64,000 nucleotides of DNA from contig JAVIYP010000004.1 of assembly GCA_031323845.1 (NCBI GenBank), positions 14,512-78,511 on the forward strand, read 5' to 3'. A program made the translations under genes and the position numbers. Each line of letters starts with the position of its first letter. The first letter of the stretch is position 1. The DNA comes from Bacteroidales bacterium. GTDB taxonomy: Bacteria > Bacteroidota > Bacteroidia > Bacteroidales > UBA7960. Shown in pieces: positions 57,851-64,000 of the stretch. The notes below the pieces were generated by a model. That model had not been told where the DNA came from and made no database searches. It worked only from the letters and a program-made list of their open reading frames with translations.

Positions 57851-58187
57851 AAAATTATTGTTGAATCGTTTAATTGTTTAATCGTTTATTTGTTAGTTTT
57901 TCTTTTTGAAGGATTAGGAGCTCGAAGCTTATTTCGAACGCAGTGAGAAATCTATTAGGAAGTCGGAAATCTGACATCTGAATATTCTTTCCAAAGGCCA
58001 AAAGCAGATAAAATGTAAAATGAAAAGTGAAAAGTGAAAAATCAACAATTAAACGATTAAACGATTCAACAATTACACAATAGTCTAACATCTGCACATT
58101 TGCACATCTTCACATCTGCACATCCATCCGCCATCTAAAGAGCAAATGCAAAACACAGCCATGCAAGCACTTATACAAATATAAACA
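57851..58187 (+). repeat. Full-length composite element (head, A, B x4, C x4, D x4, conserved tail)
   Basis: Aligns by eye with 835-947 (head), 32518-32900 and 10289-10535. Confidence 0.95.
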
Positions 58188-58265
58188 CCCAAAATAAACT
58201 CACAGCATTGCCGATAAAAGGAAGCTGATTGTTGTTATCATGGTTATCAGTAAAAAGAAATATGT

Positions 58266-60968
58266 ATGAATAAGCAGGAAGAACGTATCTCACAACGGGA
58301 TCAAAACAACCGCTGGCATGCAAAGGATGCCGGTGATGTGCTGAAGCACTTCAGGGCGGATATCGAACAAGGTCTTGGTGCAGATGAAGCCCGGAAGCGG
58401 CTGGAGGAGCATGGGCCGAATGAACTTCCCAAAGGAAAAAAACGCAGTGCCTGGATGCGTCTGCTGATGCAGTTCCACAATGTATTGATTTATGTACTGA
58501 TCGCGGCGGCCATTATTACCGCCCTGATGGACCATTGGATCGACACCTGGGTGATCCTCGCCGTGGTGCTTGTGAATGCGCTGATCGGCTTCATCCAGGA
58601 GGGTAAGGCAGAGAGAGCCCTTGAAAGCATCCGTGAAATGCTTTCGCTGGAGGCTGTTTGCCTTAGAGACGGTAAAAAAACCACCGTTGAGGCGGAAGAG
58701 CTTGTTCCGGGCGACATCGTACTGATCAAGTCCGGCGACAAGATCCCTGCCGACATACGTTTGCTCAAGGCGAAAGACCTGAGGGTGGAAGAATCGCCCT
58801 TAACCGGTGAATCCACGGCAGTTGAAAAAACTGCGGACCCTGTTGAGGAGGATGCCGTGCTCGGCGACCGCAGCTCGATGGCTTTTTCGGGTACGGTTGT
58901 CGTGTATGGCAAAGCAACCGGGGTGGTCGTTGCCACCGGTGAGGATACCGAGCTTGGCAAGATCAACAAAATGATGTCGGAAGTGGAAGAGATCACCACA
59001 CCGCTGCTTCAGAAAATCGACAAGTTCGGGAAGTGGCTTTCAGCAGCCATTCTCGGGATCACAGCACTCTTTTTTGCTTTTGGATACTTTTTCAGGGACT
59101 ACAGCATTTCGGAGCTTTTCCTGGCAGCCATCAGCCTGGTGGTGGCCTCCATTCCCGAGGGGCTTCCCGCCATTATGACCATCACGCTGGCCATTGGCGT
59201 TCAAAGGATGGCGTCGCGCAATGCCATCATCAGGCGGCTTCCCTCGGTGGAAACACTCGGGTCGGTAAATGTAATCTGTTCTGACAAGACCGGCACCCTG
59301 ACCCGGAACGAAATGACAGCAAAAACCATCATTACGGCCGAAAAGGAATATACGGTGGAAGGGACCGGCTACCAGCCGGAAGGGGCGATACTTGTTGACG
59401 GCAACAAGGCTGACCCGGAAGAGGATAAAGTCTTAAAACAGCTCCTGCAAACCATTCGCACGAGCAATAACTCGGAGATTTCAAAAGACACGGACGGCAA
59501 CTGGAAACTTACCGGCACACCCACCGAAGGGGCCCTGCTGACCCTGAGTTACAAAGGAGGGTTCAAGGATTTCAAGCCGGAGCGGATCGACCATATTCCC
59601 TTCGAGTCGGACCACAAATACATGGCCACACTGAATAAGGTTGACGATAACCACATTGTGTTCATGACCGGCGCCCCAGAGAAGGTTCTCGAAATGTGCA
59701 ACAAGCAATATACCGCTGACGGCGAACAGGACATTGACCACGATTACTGGGAGAAAAAGATGGAGGAGGTGGCGGCCAAAGGGCAGCGGCTGCTGGGAGC
59801 AGCATTCAACATCACAAATAAAAGCAGGACCGAAATTGACAAGGACGACCTGGAGAAAGAAAAGGTATTTCTTGGTGTGATCGGAATCATTGACCCGCCA
59901 CGGGACGAGGTGGTGGATGCCATCAAAGAGTGTAAAAGTGCAGGCATACAGGTAAAAATGATCACCGGCGACCACGCGATTACCGCCAGGGCCATAGGTA
60001 AGGAGATCGGTATTGGTGATGGTGAGAAAGCAATGTCGGGTCGGGAGCTTGAAGAAATGGATGATGCAAAACTCCGGGAGATCGTGGCCGATTATGATGT
60101 GTACGCACGTACCAGTCCGGAGCACAAACTCAGGCTGGTAACGGCGCTCCAGGAAAACGGCAAGCTGGCGGCCATGACCGGCGACGGTGTCAATGATGCA
60201 CCGGCCCTTAAGAAGGCCAATATCGGCATCGCCATGGGCATTAAAGGCACCGAAGTGTCCAAAGATGCTTCGGAAATGGTGCTGGCCGACGACAATTTCG
60301 CCTCCATAGTTCACGCGGTTGAGGAAGGGCGCACGGTTTATGACAACCTGCGCAAGACTTTGCTTTTTCTGCTTCCGACAAATGGCGCCGAAGCGTTGGT
60401 GCTGATGGCTGCCATTCTGCTGGGAGCCGTAATGCCGATAACGCCGGTTCAGGTGCTGTGGGTCAACATGGTAACCGCCGTTACTCTGGCGCTTGCCATC
60501 AGCTTTGAACCCATGGAGGAACGGGTAATGAAACGTCCGCCACGCGCACCGGATGAGCCTATCCTTGGCAAAATGTTTTTATGGCGGATTGTTTTTGTTT
60601 CTTTTTTGATTGGCGGGTTTACCTATTGGGTGTACAACCATATGCAATCGCTGGGTGTCGAACTGGAAACGGCGCGCACAACAGCAGTCAATACGCTGGT
60701 GGCCGGACAGCTGTTCTACCTGTTCAATTGCCGCAAGATCAAACTGCCGGCACTGGGAAAAGGTTTCTTTAACAACAAGTATGCATTTATCGCCGCCGGA
60801 GCGCTTATTGTGCTCCAACTGTTTTTTGTTTATACACCCTTCATGAACACCTTCTTCGAAACAGCACCCATTGAAGCCAGCTACTGGTGGTACCCGCTTA
60901 TGGCAGGATTAGCCGTTTTTGTAATCGTTGAGCTGGAAAAGTTTATTGCAGGAAAACTGGGAGTATGA
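58266..60968 (+). CDS. Cation-transporting P-type ATPase (P2A, PacL/CtpF-like)
   Basis: TGES, IPEGL, DKTGTLT, MITGDH, TGDGVNDAPALK. Confidence 0.96.
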   Translation: MNKQEERISQRDQNNRWHAKDAGDVLKHFRADIEQGLGADEARKRLEEHGPNELPKGKKRSAWMRLLMQFHNVLIYVLIAAAIITALMDHWIDTWVILAVVLVNALIGFIQEGKAERALESIREMLSLEAVCLRDGKKTTVEAEELVPGDIVLIKSGDKIPADIRLLKAKDLRVEESPLTGESTAVEKTADPVEEDAVLGDRSSMAFSGTVVVYGKATGVVVATGEDTELGKINKMMSEVEEITTPLLQKIDKFGKWLSAAILGITALFFAFGYFFRDYSISELFLAAISLVVASIPEGLPAIMTITLAIGVQRMASRNAIIRRLPSVETLGSVNVICSDKTGTLTRNEMTAKTIITAEKEYTVEGTGYQPEGAILVDGNKADPEEDKVLKQLLQTIRTSNNSEISKDTDGNWKLTGTPTEGALLTLSYKGGFKDFKPERIDHIPFESDHKYMATLNKVDDNHIVFMTGAPEKVLEMCNKQYTADGEQDIDHDYWEKKMEEVAAKGQRLLGAAFNITNKSRTEIDKDDLEKEKVFLGVIGIIDPPRDEVVDAIKECKSAGIQVKMITGDHAITARAIGKEIGIGDGEKAMSGRELEEMDDAKLREIVADYDVYARTSPEHKLRLVTALQENGKLAAMTGDGVNDAPALKKANIGIAMGIKGTEVSKDASEMVLADDNFASIVHAVEEGRTVYDNLRKTLLFLLPTNGAEALVLMAAILLGAVMPITPVQVLWVNMVTAVTLALAISFEPMEERVMKRPPRAPDEPILGKMFLWRIVFVSFLIGGFTYWVYNHMQSLGVELETARTTAVNTLVAGQLFYLFNCRKIKLPALGKGFFNNKYAFIAAGALIVLQLFFVYTPFMNTFFETAPIEASYWWYPLMAGLAVFVIVELEKFIAGKLGV

Positions 60969-61235
60969 TTGATTAGGGAGAAAAAGGGTTTTTTCGTCAG
61001 TTTTGTTGGATGATTTTTACACATTACGCACAAAGCGCTTGCCCTTAAACATTATACGGGAAACGCCGCAGCTTTCAACAAATACATCAGAAGCAGCGGT
61101 CTTTTCTTTGTTTTGAAAGGTTTTCTTTGGATGGAAGTCAAAAGAAGCGTCCCAAAGGACTGTGGCCGGGGTTAAATATTAGGGTGTATCGTGTATCGGA
61201 CAAAAGGTGCTATCCCAATATAAAAAGCAAAAAAG

Positions 61236-61339
61236 CCACAGATGCACAGATTTAATCATAAAAAAATATCGCTGTACTTAAAATCAACATCTTATGATTT
61301 ATGAATAAGGCATAAATAATTAAAAATCAGTGTTCGTGG
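61236..61339. repeat. Small element with imperfect inverted ends ccacagatgcacagatt / aatcagtgttcgtgg
   Basis: Read directly; related CACAGA core to 46735-46845. Confidence 0.4.
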
Positions 61340-61375
61340 TGAGCTCAGGGGTAACCGGTAAATTGGAAAAACAGC

Positions 61376-62074
61376 ATGGATCAAAACAGTTTTGCGGAAA
61401 GGGTGATCGCCTTTAACAAAGGGCTCAGTTTGAGTATTACCTTGCCGGATGGCATTCGGGTCATGAACCCTTTTGCGGAAATGCCCACGGCGCTTGAAGT
61501 GTCATCGGCATTTTACCGTAAGTTTTACAACGACAATAACATGAGAAGGCTGATCCTTGGCATCAACCCCGGTCGTTTTGGAGCCGGGGTCACCGGTATT
61601 CCCTTTACCGACACCAAGCGGCTGGAGCAGAAATGCGGGCTAACGGTCACCGGCCTGCACACCCATGAGCCTTCCTCGGTATTTGTTTATGACGTCATTG
61701 AAGCTTATGGCGGTGTGGAATCGTTTTACAGCGATTTCTATATCAATTCGCCCAGCCCCCTGGGCTTTGTGAAAAGAAATGAAGACGGGAAAGAGGTGAA
61801 CTTCAATTACTACGACAGCAAAGAACTGCAGGAGTCCTTAAAAGAGTTCATGATCAACAGCATCAAACAGCACATCTCCATGGGCATTATCTGCGACACC
61901 GCCTATTGCCTGGGCACAGGAAAAAACTACTCTTTTCTCAGCAAACTAAACAATGAGTGTAAGTTCTTTGAACACTTAATCCCTTTGGAACATCCACGAT
62001 ACGTGATGCAGTACAAAAGCAGCCAGAAACAGTTCTACATTGACAAATACCTGCGGGCACTGTTTATCGTCTGA
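61376..62074 (+). CDS. SMUG2-type uracil-DNA glycosylase (DUF4918)
   Basis: GINPGRFGAGVTGIPFTD, EPSSVFVY, LEHPRYVMQYK. Confidence 0.88.
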   Translation: MDQNSFAERVIAFNKGLSLSITLPDGIRVMNPFAEMPTALEVSSAFYRKFYNDNNMRRLILGINPGRFGAGVTGIPFTDTKRLEQKCGLTVTGLHTHEPSSVFVYDVIEAYGGVESFYSDFYINSPSPLGFVKRNEDGKEVNFNYYDSKELQESLKEFMINSIKQHISMGIICDTAYCLGTGKNYSFLSKLNNECKFFEHLIPLEHPRYVMQYKSSQKQFYIDKYLRALFIV

Positions 62075-64000
62075 TGATTCCCGTTGATCCGGAAGAGGTG
62101 TTTACCCTGGTGAAAATGTTGACCATGCCAATAATGTCCAGAATGTCAATAATACCATCTTCATTGACATCGGCATTCTGAAAACAGAATGTTTCGGGGC
62201 TGTTGCCGGAAAAGAAAGCTACCGTAACAATGACGTCAAGGACGTTGACCTGGTTGTCGCCATTGGCATCGCCCGTCACTCCGGCCAGCTCCACTTCAAG
62301 GTACAGGTTCTGACCTGTGATGATCACTGTGCCGTGATAAGGTTGATAGCACATGGCACTGACCGTAAACTCATACTCTCCGGGAAGCAAACCGCTCAAG
62401 ACATATTCTCCGGGTTCATAAGTCACCCCGTTCAGGGTGATGACGGCATCCTCAACGGAATAACCTTCTGCATCCGTAATATCAAAGGACAGCTGACTTC
62501 CTTCTCCGGGTTCCAGGACGATGTCGAGTTCCTTGTCGGCATCTTCAATGTCGAAGACATCATTGTAAGTCAGATAGCCGGGTGCCTCTATGGAAAACTC
62601 ATAGGTGCCGTTATCGAGGTCACCTATAACATATTGCCCTGCGGTGTAGCTGTCGCCATTAACTGTTATAACGGCATCGGCAACTTCAACATCATCAACT
62701 CCGGTAATGTTAAAAGCTGCCTTGAACACCCTTTGAAGAAGTATATCAATCAGGTTGTTCTCCGGGGCCACATCAAAGGGCTGCACAAATACAGAGCGAT
62801 GGTCTTCGGCGCTGACGCTGTAATAGAGGGTACCCTGGGGCAGTGAAAGTTGCGCTTCACCGGCTTCGTTGGTATGGGCTGTTTTCTTTCCAACGCTGAC
62901 TTGTGCCCCTTCTATCAGCTCCTGGTACTGGTTTTCAACGACGAACGTAACCTCATACTCGGGGAGTTCATAATAAACGATGATCTTCCATGTTTCGTTC
63001 GGCACAAACACATAGGTTGTATTCGAGCCAAAACCCCCATGGTTACGGAACACGTGCAACTGGAAATGAATATCTCCGCCTCCCTGGACATTGTTGGCGA
63101 TACTCAGTCCTTGCCGGGAATATTCATAAGTGCCTGTAGTGTTTCCGCTTCCAGAATAGACTTCAGGTTCTGTGGCACCTCCAGGCGACACGCACCTCAG
63201 GAAGGATTCTTGCGCACTCATATTCACCCCAAGGCGCGATGTGATCGCATATTCAACATCCACCCCTGTAATGGTGGCTCCTTCGGGTATGGTGACTGTC
63301 ATCTGACCGGGGAACACCGAGGCACTGCCGGTAGTGACATGATAGTGCAGTGTGCTTGGAATATCACCGCCGTCATAATAGGGTGCTTCTCCGATAATGA
63401 CATGCATTAATTGCGCAAATGCCTGACTTTGTGTTTGTGCATTAAACAGCAGATCGACGTTGCTTTCCAGCGGGGCCTCGTGAAAGGCAGCCACCTCGAA
63501 GCTGAGTTCGATGGATTGTCCCGGGTCGAGGGCAGGAATCTCCTGGGCAGCATGCGAAAGGACTGCAATCCAGTGGTTGTCGGATTCAAGAAAAGCCGTT
63601 CCGGCGGTGCTGCCCATCTGACCCTCATTGGTGAGTGTAACCGTCAGCACGGCAGTCTCGCCCGGATCAAGGTGACCGTTGTTGTTGCCTCCTTCCGAAT
63701 CATCAACAACAATACCTGAAAAGACAAGTTCAGCGGCATGGGCGGTTTCAATGAAGCTGCCCGTCCACATATCATCCAGATCGTGTTGCGGATAGGTGGT
63801 GAGCATGAATTCAATCTGATGGTTGCCGTGAAGACTATCAGAAACCTCGAAAGAAAACAAGTCGTCAAACATCAGGACGGTTTCGGCAGGAAACACTTCC
63901 ACCAGGTGATAATCGTTGACCAGGGTGATAAACGGCGATTCCACTTCAAGGCTCAGCACCACGTTATGAATGTCTTCGTCCGTAGGGTTTTCAAAGGCGA
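62064..64000 (-). CDS. 5'-partial large secreted protein: CARDB/Ig-like and PEGA/carboxypeptidase-regulatory-like repeats, C-terminal type I dockerin
   Basis: Frame open to the window edge; GNNNGHLDPGET..NEG; GDANGDNQVNVLDV..ADVNEDGIIDILDI; 3' end overlaps SMUG2 by 11 bp. Confidence 0.85.
   Translation of the reverse strand, partial: AFENPTDEDIHNVVLSLEVESPFITLVNDYHLVEVFPAETVLMFDDLFSFEVSDSLHGNHQIEFMLTTYPQHDLDDMWTGSFIETAHAAELVFSGIVVDDSEGGNNNGHLDPGETAVLTVTLTNEGQMGSTAGTAFLESDNHWIAVLSHAAQEIPALDPGQSIELSFEVAAFHEAPLESNVDLLFNAQTQSQAFAQLMHVIIGEAPYYDGGDIPSTLHYHVTTGSASVFPGQMTVTIPEGATITGVDVEYAITSRLGVNMSAQESFLRCVSPGGATEPEVYSGSGNTTGTYEYSRQGLSIANNVQGGGDIHFQLHVFRNHGGFGSNTTYVFVPNETWKIIVYYELPEYEVTFVVENQYQELIEGAQVSVGKKTAHTNEAGEAQLSLPQGTLYYSVSAEDHRSVFVQPFDVAPENNLIDILLQRVFKAAFNITGVDDVEVADAVITVNGDSYTAGQYVIGDLDNGTYEFSIEAPGYLTYNDVFDIEDADKELDIVLEPGEGSQLSFDITDAEGYSVEDAVITLNGVTYEPGEYVLSGLLPGEYEFTVSAMCYQPYHGTVIITGQNLYLEVELAGVTGDANGDNQVNVLDVIVTVAFFSGNSPETFCFQNADVNEDGIIDILDIIGMVNIFTRVNTSSGSTGIIRR

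Overview
64 kb of an ordinary (non-prophage) Bacteroidota chromosome, inferred from T9SS C-terminal domains, TAnnTTTG promoters and Bacteroidales-type lipoproteins. It holds five orphan sensor kinases, a FISUMP/FN3 surface-protein cluster, two dockerin proteins, an exported caspase, znuACB, a T9SS GH13 amylase with a non-catalytic partner, a P2A ATPase, a SMUG2 glycosylase and a multiply broken fucose-isomerase-like pseudogene. I recognised no rRNA, tRNA, CRISPR, transposase or RT. Best candidate novel system: a six-gene minus-strand cassette at 43749-52261. It encodes a PrsW protease, an ECF sigma, an anti-sigma, two paralogous membrane-anchored proteins with hDxEQL repeat tails, and an outer-membrane gluzincin/beta-propeller/beta-barrel protein. 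Two sequence signals tie the cassette together: four CAAC-N16-MGTA promoters (one leaderless, one inside a terminator hairpin), and a TM-[NQ]P..E[AM]AGT[IM] motif shared by the anti-sigma and both repeat proteins. Second highlight: a dispersed modular intergenic element made of 7/8-mer arrays in fixed order with variable copy numbers. All family assignments come from motifs read by eye; no database searches were run.
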